Source: an uncultured Prevotella sp.
GTDB lineage: Bacteria > Bacteroidota > Bacteroidia > Bacteroidales > Bacteroidaceae
Length of the DNA stretch: 64,000 bases
NCBI GenBank assembly: GCA_900554835.1
Contig: USJD01000001.1
Location: 24,758-88,757 of the forward strand
Direction: 5' to 3'
Positions 1 through 9,106 of this stretch are shown in pieces (positions within the stretch are counted from its first letter, which is position 1; each line of letters opens with the position of its first letter). The notes under the pieces are model-generated. The model had not been told where the DNA came from. It did no database searches and worked only from the letters and a program-made list of their open reading frames with translations. A program made the position numbers and the translations under genes.

Positions 1-696
1 ACATTCCGCCTTATATTTATTAAGGCTATGTGTATCAGTACCAGCTATTAAAGGCTTATTATATTTAATTGCCATCTGATACAGCCATTGATTATACTCT
101 TTTTGCTCCTCACTATTTACATGCGGCTGTATTTCAAGATAATCATAATACGGAATAAGAGTTTCATCACGCAACTTATTTAGAGGAGATGCAAGACACG
201 CACTAATTTTAATGACATTATCTGATATATTTTTAAACTCATCAAAACTAATACGGTTTTTATAATAAAAGTGATCATCTTGTGTGGATTTATCTAGAAG
301 CGAATTTATCTCCTTAACACCCTCATAATTTCGAGCAATAAGGATGGTATGATAGTTATCACGAACTTTCTTTTTATTCTCTTCTAAAATTGCACTAAGC
401 TCTTCCTGAGTTTCTGTTTCATCGCAACCAAGATGAGCTTCGTACCATTCATCTGGTATCTCTGGATATTCAAACAGTTCTTTAGTGAGATATGCCTCTA
501 CTCCGTGTAGATATTTTATACCTTGTTCTTCACAATATTCTTTCTTTTCAATCCAATCATAACAATTGCCATGTTCTGTAAAGCATATTGCAAACTGCCC
601 TAATTCTTTTGCTTTATCCACATAGAGTGTAAAGTTTGTACATGAATCTAATAAGCTTAACTCAGTATGTAAATGATAAACTGTATAATTCCCCAT
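1..696 (-). CDS. DnaE-type DNA polymerase III alpha-like protein, N-terminal PHP domain (partial; continues left of window)
   Basis: ATG at 696 with GAGGTGAGAGG upstream. Own translation MGNYTVYHLHTELSLLDSCT..FTEHGN..LHGVEAY shows the PHP-domain pattern. Frame checked open to nt 1; absent from ORF track because there is no stop in the window. Confidence 0.7.
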   Translation of the reverse strand, partial: MGNYTVYHLHTELSLLDSCTNFTLYVDKAKELGQFAICFTEHGNCYDWIEKKEYCEEQGIKYLHGVEAYLTKELFEYPEIPDEWYEAHLGCDETETQEELSAILEENKKKVRDNYHTILIARNYEGVKEINSLLDKSTQDDHFYYKNRISFDEFKNISDNVIKISACLASPLNKLRDETLIPYYDYLEIQPHVNSEEQKEYNQWLYQMAIKYNKPLIAGTDTHSLNKYKAEC

Positions 697-706
697 CCTC
701 TCACCT

Positions 707-898
707 CTATCCTAAAAATTGTATTTGCACATAATAAGTCCACTTAGGCTTCCAAAACTGCCACCACTTGCGCTTAAACTTATCAAATTTCATAATTTGA
801 AACTGCCTACTCCAAAGAGTACTCTCAGACATAAACATATTTAGATCAACGCTAAAGATATCTCCGGGATGTAATTCATAAACTCTTACTTTGTCCAT
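707..898 (-). CDS. hypothetical protein (63 aa)
   Basis: ORF track; start overlaps stop of upstream gene (TAATG). Confidence 0.5.
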   Translation of the reverse strand: MDKVRVYELHPGDIFSVDLNMFMSESTLWSRQFQIMKFDKFKRKWWQFWKPKWTYYVQIQFLG

Positions 899-2493
899 TA
901 CTCACACCTCCAGTCCTGAATTGTTAATTGTATATAATCAGACCTACCATAATGTGCTTTTTCTAATGTTCCAATCGCCTTAAACGTGCCATTAAAATCC
1001 CAGCTACCGTTATAATTCCACTTAACAAATATTATGCCAGTATTATTATCAATAATCTTAAGGTGTTTCCCCTTAGACATATTGCTGACTTCATAATCAT
1101 CTGTTTCTATCATAACCATAATTGGCTCAAAATCTGTTCCACTAATCCTATTAAGGGCATTCAAGCTTTTAATTAAATTCTCAGTTACTTGACATACGTC
1201 AAGTTGAATATCCGCAGAAGTCTCACATACAAACTCAACATCTGAAAGTTCTGCTAAGATTGCTGTCTTAAATTCTTCAAACTGGGCAATAGGAATACCT
1301 GCACCACAAGCATTTTCGTGCCCAGCGAACCATCCAATACTAGTTTTATTGCAATACTCTATAAAACTCTTTACGCCAATAGCTCTCATAGAGCCACTAA
1401 ATTCATCCTCATGTTTCTGAAGAACAAATAAAGGACGATTATATCTCTCTAACAACTTATTACCTATCAGTCCACTTACAGAAGCTTCTATATCATCTGG
1501 AATAAAGAAAAACATACACTTATTGTCTAATTGTTCTTGTGCCTGTTCTTCCAAACTAGGCATAATACTCTCTACAATTTTATTCTGTTCTTCTCTACAC
1601 TCATTAAGTCCTTTAACAATTTCTGCAATCTCATCTTCATCATCTGATAAGAAAACCTGCATTGCTAAATTATTATGATTAACTCTATTAGCTGCATTAA
1701 TTTTAGGGGCAATGCCAAAACTAATGTTCCTTGATACGAATGCATAACCGCCATTAATCTTTTTGATACCGGGATTATGTAAATTCTTAAATGCTTTATC
1801 ACAGATTGCTCTGTTTTCTGGTGAAGTCATACTGCACATATCAGCGACCAGCCCTGTGGCTGCTAAATCAATTAATTTATCAGAATAATCATCAAAATTC
1901 ATGCAATCCATATACTGACACAGTTTCCACGTTACTCCTGACCCACTTAAGGCTGGATTGTCATAATCAACCGCAGAACTAACTAATATAATATCCAAGT
2001 CTTCCATCTCTTTGCGAAGCTCATCCTTAATTAGATGGTGGTCAGTAATTACAATCTGCACATCCTTATCCAAAAATCTCTTATACGGCTCAATAGAATC
2101 TTGAATACTATCTACAATCCAAACAATATCAATGTTATCCAAAAGGTTCGTATCAAAATTTTTTATACCATGATCCTTCTTCTCATTAATATATGTAAAA
2201 ACATTAGCTCCTAAATGCTCCAAATACCTTGTTGCAATACTTCCTGCCGTTGCTCCATCAACATCAACATCAAAGTAAATCAAAAATGAAGTATCTATAT
2301 CCTCTGCTCCATCTAAAATTACTTGAGCCGCCTTATCAATGTTACGCAACTTCTCAAGTGGCAACATATCATTCTCGTCTGGATGTAGGAAGTCCGTGAC
2401 ATCTTCAATGCCACGGCTTTCTAATATTTCATCTATAATGTCTTCCTGTTTGAATTTTCTACCATCAATCTTTATATTCCATTCTTTTTTCAT
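898..2493 (-). CDS. RecJ-like DHH-family single-strand DNA exonuclease
   Basis: 531 aa; DHH motifs FDVDVDGATAG and VITDHHL, DHHA1-like GHENACGAG; sits next to the polymerase as yorK does in SPbeta. Confidence 0.8.
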   Translation of the reverse strand: MKKEWNIKIDGRKFKQEDIIDEILESRGIEDVTDFLHPDENDMLPLEKLRNIDKAAQVILDGAEDIDTSFLIYFDVDVDGATAGSIATRYLEHLGANVFTYINEKKDHGIKNFDTNLLDNIDIVWIVDSIQDSIEPYKRFLDKDVQIVITDHHLIKDELRKEMEDLDIILVSSAVDYDNPALSGSGVTWKLCQYMDCMNFDDYSDKLIDLAATGLVADMCSMTSPENRAICDKAFKNLHNPGIKKINGGYAFVSRNISFGIAPKINAANRVNHNNLAMQVFLSDDEDEIAEIVKGLNECREEQNKIVESIMPSLEEQAQEQLDNKCMFFFIPDDIEASVSGLIGNKLLERYNRPLFVLQKHEDEFSGSMRAIGVKSFIEYCNKTSIGWFAGHENACGAGIPIAQFEEFKTAILAELSDVEFVCETSADIQLDVCQVTENLIKSLNALNRISGTDFEPIMVMIETDDYEVSNMSKGKHLKIIDNNTGIIFVKWNYNGSWDFNGTFKAIGTLEKAHYGRSDYIQLTIQDWRCE

Positions 2494-2506
2494 TCACATC
2501 ACCTAA

Positions 2507-2740
2507 TTAAATACCAAAATAATATTCAGGAACATCATTCCCATCCGAATATATTTGTATAGGTACTCCATAAAATGTTCTTACTACTCCTGTGTCAGTC
2601 ATTCTATAGCAAATCTTAAAAGGATCTATACATGCAAAAGCTGCCATATTCATAAAAATCTTTTTAATAAATCCTTCTCCATATTGCCTGTTGTAAGAAA
2701 GAATATCATAAGAAATTCCTAACGTGAAATCATGTTTCAT
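2507..2740 (-). CDS. hypothetical protein (77 aa)
   Basis: ORF track; co-oriented, tightly packed in - operon. Confidence 0.55.
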   Translation of the reverse strand: MKHDFTLGISYDILSYNRQYGEGFIKKIFMNMAAFACIDPFKICYRMTDTGVVRTFYGVPIQIYSDGNDVPEYYFGI

Positions 2741-2943
2741 TTTCTCGCCACCATTAATTCATCTACGAACCCCTCTGGCATAATATCTGTATCGATATTA
2801 ATACGTGGAGCTTCACCATCTTCTGCTGGATAACAATGAATTGATATGTCCGAATAGTACTTATAACTTGCAATAGTCTCTGCATTATCAATTAGTGATT
2901 GCCCACAATACTTAATGTTCTTAATCAGGTTTTCTTTTGTCAT
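2737..2943 (-). CDS. hypothetical protein (68 aa)
   Basis: ORF track; 4-nt overlaps with both neighbours. Confidence 0.55.
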   Translation of the reverse strand: MTKENLIKNIKYCGQSLIDNAETIASYKYYSDISIHCYPAEDGEAPRINIDTDIMPEGFVDELMVARK

Positions 2944-3155
2944 ATCTTCATACCGTACCTTTCTTCAAATTCTTTCAATTCTTCCTCTGTAGGCTGAGTA
3001 TTTTCTAACCCATATATACACCCAGAATCAAAACAACATCCATCGAGGTCTTCTCTTGTCTCAACCCACGAGGGATATTCTATCCAACCATATCTACACC
3101 CTTGACAATATTTCACTATGGGATCAATGCACCGTGTAGGTTTATCATTCTTCAT
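2940..3155 (-). CDS. hypothetical Cys-rich protein (71 aa)
   Basis: ORF track; CxxC pairs; packed in operon. Confidence 0.55.
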   Translation of the reverse strand: MKNDKPTRCIDPIVKYCQGCRYGWIEYPSWVETREDLDGCCFDSGCIYGLENTQPTEEELKEFEERYGMKI

Positions 3156-3390
3156 CGTTCATTCTCCACCAATCTTTCATATCCCACCGATAACTTTCTT
3201 GAGCTTCCTCATGCATTCTACTCAGCGCATCCTTCAAGAATGCTTTAGTCTGTTCATCCCAGCCAATGCACTCCAACTGCATACGAGCATTGTCATCACA
3301 TTTACTTAAAGCATGATTTAAATTTCCAAGAAAAGAACGTGCTTTATTGTATGCTGGATAGAAATACTTATTATAATCAAATACAGTCAT
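3145..3390 (-). CDS. hypothetical protein (81 aa, start trimmed)
   Basis: ORF 3145..3432 trimmed to the ATG at 3390 (MTVFDYNKYF), which follows GGAGGG. The longer form would contain its own promoter. Confidence 0.55.
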   Translation of the reverse strand: MTVFDYNKYFYPAYNKARSFLGNLNHALSKCDDNARMQLECIGWDEQTKAFLKDALSRMHEEAQESYRWDMKDWWRMNDEE

Positions 3391-3404
3391 AACTCCCTCC
3401 AAAA

Positions 3405-3448
3405 TTAATTTTGTATTGTTATTATAACACAAAATTACCGATTGTCAA
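3405..3448 (-). promoter_or_regulatory. sigmaA-type promoter (TTGACA-16-TATAAT) followed by the 15-nt motif ACAATACAAAATTAA
   Basis: -35 at 3443-3448, -10 at 3421-3426, motif at 3405-3419, then GGAGGG and the ATG at 3390. Confidence 0.6.
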
Positions 3449-3776
3449 GATACTCTCGTAAGTTTTTACATGTCTCTTGACAAGTCTTGCCCCCATCTGC
3501 TGATATATAACCCCAACCTTTATCACATCCGATACATGGATTAGGAATATCCTTGGGAAATAGTATCCCCTTACTGAGACAATCTCTCGCCTTTTGAGAC
3601 ATTTCAATGAGCTCATCGATGAGGTGCTTTAAATCCTCGACAGAATGGCAACCATCATAATCACAGCCAATCTGCCATATAAATTCTAGCCATTCATCAG
3701 CACAGTTTGGCTCACACATATTACAACCTGTCTGTTCATCTTTCCAAAAGTTCACTTTATTTTTCTCCCTAGACAA
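3435..3776 (-). CDS. hypothetical Cys-rich protein (113 aa)
   Basis: ORF track; several CxxC/CxxxxC pairs; the alternative frame 3422..3616 was rejected. Confidence 0.6.
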   Translation of the reverse strand: MSREKNKVNFWKDEQTGCNMCEPNCADEWLEFIWQIGCDYDGCHSVEDLKHLIDELIEMSQKARDCLSKGILFPKDIPNPCIGCDKGWGYISADGGKTCQETCKNLREYLDNR

Positions 3777-4024
3777 TCAACTTCAATAATATCATTATCT
3801 AACACATCTGTTTCATAAAGTATCTTTTCAAGTGCATGAAATTCACGAAAATAATATTCAAGCTCTTCTTTAAGATTTTGTACCGCTTCTTCCTTGCTTT
3901 CTCCATAACCACGTATGTTTTCTATATCTGTAGGTGAATAAAATTCAGAAGTATCTATTAGATAACATACATGTGAACCACATTTTTCTTTTCCATCATT
4001 ATAATGTGCAATTTTCATCAACAT
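3752..4024 (-). CDS. hypothetical protein (90 aa)
   Basis: ORF track; co-oriented, packed. Confidence 0.55.
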   Translation of the reverse strand: MLMKIAHYNDGKEKCGSHVCYLIDTSEFYSPTDIENIRGYGESKEEAVQNLKEELEYYFREFHALEKILYETDVLDNDIIEVDCLGRKIK

Positions 4025-4203
4025 GACTTTTCTCCTTTCGGTATATATTCATCACACGCTGGGGTGTCTTCATAGCATAAATGCCCAAAAATAAATGTCA
4101 ACCCTTTTTCACGTTCACCTTTTGTAGGATGACAAATATCACAGCAAAGATTCCAATCTCCACCGCCTATATAATGGTCACAGGTTCCACAATACTTAGA
4201 CAT
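4018..4203 (-). CDS. hypothetical Cys-rich protein (61 aa)
   Basis: ORF track; CGTCDH..CCDIC..C pattern. Confidence 0.55.
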   Translation of the reverse strand: MSKYCGTCDHYIGGGDWNLCCDICHPTKGEREKGLTFIFGHLCYEDTPACDEYIPKGEKSC

Positions 4204-4204
4204 A

Positions 4205-4615
4205 TTACTTCTCCTTTAAAAACTTCTTCATATCAAGTCCACGAAAGTTTTCTTGCCCCTTATAAATTTCGCCTTTATATGGAGCTGATTTCCAGTTGCT
4301 CCCTTCTGAAAATTTCTTGATATAATAGTTGTTTTCACCCTCATGATATAGATTTTCAGCTTCTTTATCTGTCATATAAGCTTGAAACATGCCAACTCCG
4401 TTACAATAAAAGATGTAACCATTTAAGTTATTTTTGCACCATGCAAATCGTATTTTTCTATAAATCCAACCAAAGAAAGAAATAATCGCAACAGGAACGA
4501 GTAGCGCTGTCCAAACTAGTACTTCGTCATTCTCCTTAGATAGCAAATATACAATTGTGCAAATGACCTGCCACGCTATAATACCTATTACAGTAGAAAT
4601 AATATAATTCATCAA
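4205..4615 (-). CDS. hypothetical membrane protein (136 aa)
   Basis: ORF track; two hydrophobic N-terminal segments. Confidence 0.6.
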   Translation of the reverse strand: MMNYIISTVIGIIAWQVICTIVYLLSKENDEVLVWTALLVPVAIISFFGWIYRKIRFAWCKNNLNGYIFYCNGVGMFQAYMTDKEAENLYHEGENNYYIKKFSEGSNWKSAPYKGEIYKGQENFRGLDMKKFLKEK

Positions 4616-4933
4616 TTAAACCTCCACACCAAAGCGTTCTTTTATTTGCTTAACGGCTTCTGCTCTCATACCCATATGCTCATCTTCTAGCATATCTAGC
4701 AAATAATTTATAACATTATCACTTGCTTTCCTATTGGCTCGAATGGCTTTTTCACGCTTTTCAGGATAGAAACTGCATATAGTTTCATCACCATCACAAC
4801 TACACGCATCACATTCTTTTGTGCCATAACATACTCCATATGTGCTAAGATATGAGCTCTCTGGCATCCCAGTAAAAGCATTGAAAATGTATCTACGTTC
4901 TGATCTTTCATGATAACTACTACATTTTTCCAT
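4616..4933 (-). CDS. hypothetical Cys-rich protein (start trimmed)
   Basis: ORF 4616..4993 trimmed to MEKCSSYHE (ATG at 4933) preceded by GGAGGATAAT; this removes the overlap with 4947..5294. Confidence 0.55.
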   Translation of the reverse strand: MEKCSSYHERSERRYIFNAFTGMPESSYLSTYGVCYGTKECDACSCDGDETICSFYPEKREKAIRANRKASDNVINYLLDMLEDEHMGMRAEAVKQIKERFGVEV

Positions 4934-4946
4934 ATTATCCTCCACC

Positions 4947-5294
4947 TTAATCCATTTGATAAGGTTTATCTTCCAAGATCCAAACCTCACCATCTTGCCC
5001 TATAATATCATAAAATGTAACAAGTTCATTTAGATTTACATTAGATATTTTTGCTCTATATTGATAGCGCCCAGTAGGAATATCTTGCTCAAAATCTCTT
5101 ACAAATATAATTAAAAGAGTTAGCACAATACATGCTATCGCACAAACCGCCGCACAAATCGCATCATTATATACTGATGTCAACACAAAAAATACAATTG
5201 CTACTGCAAGTGAAATAATAACTAGCCATACATACCAAGGAGGCAATACGCTATTAGTTATCGCTGTCTGGCTTAAAATTTCAACACCACTCAT
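4947..5294 (-). CDS. hypothetical 2-TM membrane protein, paralog of 5291..5644
   Basis: ORF track; C-terminus IPTGRYQYRA..YDIIGQDGEVWILEDK matches the neighbour's VPTGRYEYQV..YDIVGQDGLIWTLEDK. Confidence 0.6.
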   Translation of the reverse strand: MSGVEILSQTAITNSVLPPWYVWLVIISLAVAIVFFVLTSVYNDAICAAVCAIACIVLTLLIIFVRDFEQDIPTGRYQYRAKISNVNLNELVTFYDIIGQDGEVWILEDKPYQMD

Positions 5295-5644
5295 TTTTTA
5301 TCCTCCAAAGTCCAAATCAGTCCATCTTGCCCGACAATATCATAACGCAAGGCAAGCTCGTTTATATCGACAGTTTCATCAAGTAAAACCTGATATTCAT
5401 AGCGGCCAGTTGGAACTTCTTTTCTGGAAACTCCACCCGTGACAAGACAAAAGACAAAGGCCATAAGGAAGACCAAAGACCCCCAAGCACAACCTTCAGA
5501 ACATTCGCCCATCGCTACCAAAAATAATAAAAGACTTAGAACACCAAAAATAATTGCTGCAATCCACCAACCTTCTCCAACTATCTTGACAATCTCGTGC
5601 TGCGCCAGCACAGTTATTCCGTCAATCAGATATGTCATTGTCAT
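5291..5644 (-). CDS. hypothetical 2-TM membrane protein, paralog of 4947..5294
   Basis: ORF track; tandem duplicate, see the neighbouring feature. Confidence 0.6.
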   Translation of the reverse strand: MTMTYLIDGITVLAQHEIVKIVGEGWWIAAIIFGVLSLLLFLVAMGECSEGCAWGSLVFLMAFVFCLVTGGVSRKEVPTGRYEYQVLLDETVDINELALRYDIVGQDGLIWTLEDKK

Positions 5645-5792
5645 TTTTCAAACACCCCTCAATCGTTTTCAAACACTTTCTCCACTGACAAGCTACCGTA
5701 GCATCAAAGTCTCGTTCACATTCAAAGTTCAAGCAATCATAACAAAACTGCCTCTCATAAGCCTCTTTCCACAGTGCTTCTTCCCCGCCCAT
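5622..5792 (-). CDS. small Cys-rich protein (56 aa; not in ORF track)
   Basis: Own translation MGGEEALWKEAYERQFCYDCLNFECERDFDATVACQWRK.. after GGAGATGGAGG; paralogous to 5755..5940 (CxxCLNxEC..ACQWR). Confidence 0.4.
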   Translation of the reverse strand: MGGEEALWKEAYERQFCYDCLNFECERDFDATVACQWRKCLKTIEGCLKNDNDISD

Positions 5793-5940
5793 TAGCCTCC
5801 ATCTCCTTATGATATTTAGCCCAATTCCTCCATTGACAAGCTATTATATCTGAATAACCACGTTTACACTCGGAATTAAGGCAGAAATAACAGTAATTTA
5901 CTCGCCACCAACTAATCCAACCCTGATTTTCATCGCCCAT
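5755..5940 (-). CDS. small Cys-rich protein (start trimmed)
   Basis: ORF 5755..6006 trimmed to MGDENQGWISWW (ATG at 5940) after GGAGGAG; CYFCLNSEC..ACQWR motif. Confidence 0.45.
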   Translation of the reverse strand: MGDENQGWISWWRVNYCYFCLNSECKRGYSDIIACQWRNWAKYHKEMEANGRGRSTVERGL

Positions 5941-5962
5941 TAGTTCTCCTCCATCTCTGCTC

Positions 5963-6280
5963 TTAGTTATAGCGTACATACCCGTGTTCAAAAAGCCATT
6001 CTTCACTTACGACCTGTGGAATACGATCAAAGAAATGTTCTTTACACCAATTCCAATTTGATAACACCCCCCACTCTTTGAAATCACGATAAAAAGCTCG
6101 ATCATCCCCAACATCAATATAGATACGTATCGTATCTGGTTCACCCCATTTGTCCCAGATTTTAGGGTGAAACATACTCATCTGTGCAAGTTTATCTTGC
6201 TTATCAGGGGAGGAAGAACGAACGACAGTAATAAATTTTTCTATATAATAAGTACAAAAGTCCTTGTATTCATTGTCCAT
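5963..6280 (-). CDS. hypothetical protein (start trimmed)
   Basis: ORF 5963..6316 trimmed to MDNEYKDF (ATG at 6280), just after the stop of 6285..6515. Confidence 0.55.
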   Translation of the reverse strand: MDNEYKDFCTYYIEKFITVVRSSSPDKQDKLAQMSMFHPKIWDKWGEPDTIRIYIDVGDDRAFYRDFKEWGVLSNWNWCKEHFFDRIPQVVSEEWLFEHGYVRYN

Positions 6281-6284
6281 ATAA

Positions 6285-6515
6285 TTAGTCCTCTTCATAG
6301 TCATCAAAGTATTCAAATTCCTCTGACTCTACATAGTATTCCTCATTCACATCTATGACTGTTACATAATTGCCAATGCTCTCAACAATGTCATCGAGGT
6401 TATCGCCTTCAAAATTCTCAATGGCTCTCTCAAGCTCCTCTTCGTCGCTATAGGCTACAAAAATCTGATGCCGGACTTTTACTGTCTCTTCTAGTTCAAT
6501 AATTCTCTTCTGCAT
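6285..6515 (-). CDS. hypothetical highly acidic protein (76 aa)
   Basis: ORF track; D/E-rich throughout. Confidence 0.55.
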   Translation of the reverse strand: MQKRIIELEETVKVRHQIFVAYSDEEELERAIENFEGDNLDDIVESIGNYVTVIDVNEEYYVESEEFEYFDDYEED

Positions 6516-6527
6516 AATTAATCCTCC

Positions 6528-6740
6528 TTAATGTTGTTTATTATACTGTAGATCACCGATAAAATTATATATGTCTTCCTTACAATCTTTGCATACATCC
6601 TTTAAATAAAAATCACAATCGCATATAGGATAACCATCCTCATCTACCAAAGCAGAATTCTCATGCTTTATAGTGACACTGTACCTATAATCCTTGTGCT
6701 TCATTTCTCTGCCACATATATCACAAAATGTTTTAGTCAT
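6528..6740 (-). CDS. hypothetical zinc-ribbon protein (70 aa)
   Basis: ORF track; CDICG..CDC..CKDC. Confidence 0.55.
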   Translation of the reverse strand: MTKTFCDICGREMKHKDYRYSVTIKHENSALVDEDGYPICDCDFYLKDVCKDCKEDIYNFIGDLQYNKQH

Positions 6741-6741
6741 T

Positions 6742-6915
6742 TTAGTCTCCTTTTAATTCGTTATAATGTTCTTCAATCCATCCAAACCAAATACACTTTA
6801 CTATTATATCTGGATAATTTACAACATACATTAGGCATTTGCTTCGATTATTACATGCGGGACACGCAGGTTTAATTTGCTCAAACGGTGTTGCTTTTAA
6901 TTCCATCTCATCCAT
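6742..6915 (-). CDS. hypothetical protein (start trimmed)
   Basis: ORF 6742..6936 trimmed to MDEMELK (ATG at 6915) after GGAGG; the ATG overlaps the upstream stop. Confidence 0.5.
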   Translation of the reverse strand: MDEMELKATPFEQIKPACPACNNRSKCLMYVVNYPDIIVKCIWFGWIEEHYNELKGD

Positions 6916-7162
6916 AATAACCTCCATCTGGTGCATCTCTCTTATAATCCTTACATCCTACTGGATTGCCGTGACATCCAACTTCGTAGACACATTTGTG
7001 ACAATCTCTTGTAAACGGAACTTTATCTCCAAGTGCAACGTCCTTAACATCTACAAATTGTTCTGCATACTTACGCGCAGCTTCTTCTACAACTTCTGGA
7101 TGTTCTCGGATATATTCATCAAATTTCTTAACGACATCTACAAATATTTCTGGTGTTAGCAT
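6908..7162 (-). CDS. hypothetical protein (84 aa)
   Basis: ORF track; packed. Confidence 0.55.
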   Translation of the reverse strand: MLTPEIFVDVVKKFDEYIREHPEVVEEAARKYAEQFVDVKDVALGDKVPFTRDCHKCVYEVGCHGNPVGCKDYKRDAPDGGYYG

Positions 7163-7164
7163 AA

Positions 7165-7350
7165 TTAGTTCTCCTTTATACTATTCTGCATTTCATCAAA
7201 AATAATAACACTAGCCCTCGCTTTGGGAGTATAATGTTCCGCTAACTCAGCATAAACTTTATCTAACTCACAAAAAGTCCCTATCCAATGAGGGCACTTT
7301 GTATTTGGAGCAGTACAACGTCCATGTCCATATTCACATATCTGACTCAT
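7165..7350 (-). CDS. hypothetical protein (61 aa)
   Basis: ORF track; packed. Confidence 0.5.
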   Translation of the reverse strand: MSQICEYGHGRCTAPNTKCPHWIGTFCELDKVYAELAEHYTPKARASVIIFDEMQNSIKEN

Positions 7351-7549
7351 CTTTAACCTCCAAAACAGAATACTGTGTGCATTCAGTAAAAGCCTTTATT
7401 GAAGCCATAGCCATACCCCACATTGCTCCTCGCTTAAAATCTACATTGCCATTCTCACAATTGTTAATTAAGTCATTGAATTCATCTGATCCTATAAAAT
7501 CGAGAATTACTCGCCCAAATTCTTTTGTATCTATCAGAAACTTTTCCAT
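7334..7549 (-). CDS. hypothetical protein (71 aa)
   Basis: ORF track; packed. Confidence 0.5.
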   Translation of the reverse strand: MEKFLIDTKEFGRVILDFIGSDEFNDLINNCENGNVDFKRGAMWGMAMASIKAFTECTQYSVLEVKDESDM

Positions 7550-7738
7550 TTAATCCTCCTTTACATTCTTGCAAATAAAATCATCACAATATCCAAGACC
7601 AATAGCAATCTCTTTGTGCTCTTCATCAGGATGCAACTTACAACCTTTTGGCCCAAAATTAATTCCATCTTCTATATCTGGGGCAACATGTTTACAAAAA
7701 TCACAACAAGGTATGCAATCAAATTCACATAATTTCAT
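7550..7738 (-). CDS. hypothetical Cys-rich protein (start trimmed)
   Basis: ORF 7550..7762 trimmed to MKLCEFDCIPCCDFC (ATG at 7738), which overlaps the upstream TGA. Confidence 0.5.
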   Translation of the reverse strand: MKLCEFDCIPCCDFCKHVAPDIEDGINFGPKGCKLHPDEEHKEIAIGLGYCDDFICKNVKED

Positions 7739-7932
7739 TCTAATACCCCCATTTCCACGCAATCAGCTACTCCACCATTGATACGTTTCATCCACCAAAT
7801 ATGGTCTTCTAACGCTATCAGACTAATACGAACAGAATCTCCTCCGAGAACTTCAAATTGTTCATCTCTAAGATACATTCCATATCTCATAAGAATCTTT
7901 GGAAAGCGAGAGCAATCATCTTCTCTATTCAT
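7735..7932 (-). CDS. hypothetical protein (start trimmed)
   Basis: ORF 7735..7947 trimmed to MNREDD (ATG at 7932), 8 nt after GGAGG. Confidence 0.5.
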   Translation of the reverse strand: MNREDDCSRFPKILMRYGMYLRDEQFEVLGGDSVRISLIALEDHIWWMKRINGGVADCVEMGVLE

Positions 7933-7946
7933 AAATTTTTCCTCCA

Positions 7947-7991
7947 TTAATTTTGTACTGTCATAGTATCATAGATTTTTATATTTGTCAA
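7947..7991 (-). promoter_or_regulatory. sigmaA-type promoter (CTCTTGACAAAT-..-TACTAT) followed by motif ACAGTACAAAATTAA
   Basis: -35 at 7986-7991, 17-nt spacer, -10 at 7963-7968, motif at 7947-7961 running directly into GGAGG. Confidence 0.65.
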
Positions 7992-8021
7992 GAGGGAAGA
8001 TAGAATATTTCTGTCTCCCCT

Positions 8022-9035
8022 CTATGATTTATATTCAACTAATTGCTCTTGCATAATCTCTTCAAATTTTTCTTTACCCATATCTGTTGGACTTGCTTTA
8101 AGTGGGATATCTATATCCATTGTACTGTCCCAGTATAGAATATCTATATCTCTCATTGTTGCAAGAGATTTTAATAAATCCATATTTTTAGCAATTTGCT
8201 CAAACTCAAGACCTTCATCAAGAGCCATAATAATCCGTTTTGGTTGTAGCTGTAAGATTAGCTTTGCTTGAGTTTCACTTAAATTATTTGAACCAAGTGC
8301 AACAATATTTCTATAATCAAATGTGTAACCTTGTAGGCAACTCTTCTCTGCTTCTACAACAACCACATCATTGCCATATAAATATTGATAATTTTGGCTA
8401 TATCCATATAAGCTGCTTGATATGTTCCCTCCTACAGGATACCAGTACTTTGAAACCCCTTCAGGGGGATCACCATTAATTCTGGCTTTCACAGCAATAA
8501 TTTCATCTTTATCATTACGCCAAGGAAAGATTATTGAGCTGCTTTCTACATCAAAACAAACATCAAACTTTCTTTGTGTTTCTAAAGAAATCCCATCTTT
8601 CATCCATAATGTATTGCCTATTGGTAAATATGGATCAAGAATTTCTTCTGGATATGTGCGTGTTAAATATTCTCTCTTATGAATAATATTTTCATAGCAT
8701 CCCCCAAATAGAGAACGTACCTTCGATGGAGGTTGCCAATAATCATCAAGTTTAAGAATTCTTTTAATTTCTTTTAAGACATCTCGAAATTCAACGTGCT
8801 TCTCATTACATAGATAACTGACAATGTTATTACATACATTTCGAGAATAGTCTTTTACCAAACAGGCTTCATTGCCAAGTCTTATGCTGATATTTGGGCC
8901 ACTTCCGGGCTTATCATCTCTCGCAAATCTAATCTCTTTTGCATTTACTTTTATACGTGCGCAACCATAAAACTCTAGGAGCTCAACAATTGCGTCCGTA
9001 TTTTGGCTAAGTTTACTTAATACATCTGATAGCAT
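8022..9035 (-). CDS. Toprim-domain DNA primase
   Basis: 337 aa; Toprim acidic motifs VVVVEAEKSC and IIMALDEG; adjacent to the helicase. Confidence 0.65.
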   Translation of the reverse strand: MLSDVLSKLSQNTDAIVELLEFYGCARIKVNAKEIRFARDDKPGSGPNISIRLGNEACLVKDYSRNVCNNIVSYLCNEKHVEFRDVLKEIKRILKLDDYWQPPSKVRSLFGGCYENIIHKREYLTRTYPEEILDPYLPIGNTLWMKDGISLETQRKFDVCFDVESSSIIFPWRNDKDEIIAVKARINGDPPEGVSKYWYPVGGNISSSLYGYSQNYQYLYGNDVVVVEAEKSCLQGYTFDYRNIVALGSNNLSETQAKLILQLQPKRIIMALDEGLEFEQIAKNMDLLKSLATMRDIDILYWDSTMDIDIPLKASPTDMGKEKFEEIMQEQLVEYKS

Positions 9036-9062
9036 TCATTGTCTGAGCTCTCCTTTCTACAT

Positions 9063-9106
9063 TAATTTTGTATTGCTATTATACTACTGGGGATAGAATT
9101 TGTCAA
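9063..9106 (-). promoter_or_regulatory. sigmaA-type promoter (CTCTTGACAAAT-17-TATAAT) followed by motif GCAATACAAAATTAA
   Basis: -35 at 9101-9106, -10 at 9078-9083, motif at 9063-9077; upstream of the primase RBS. Confidence 0.65.

Noticed and set aside
3422-3616. Same-strand alternative-frame ORFs (3422..3616, 4708..4911, 24960..25142, 32586..32798, 37409..37681, 40243..40440, 40491..40712, 41527..41826)
   Set aside because: Each lies entirely within, or heavily overlaps, a longer ORF that has a better RBS and more protein-like composition.
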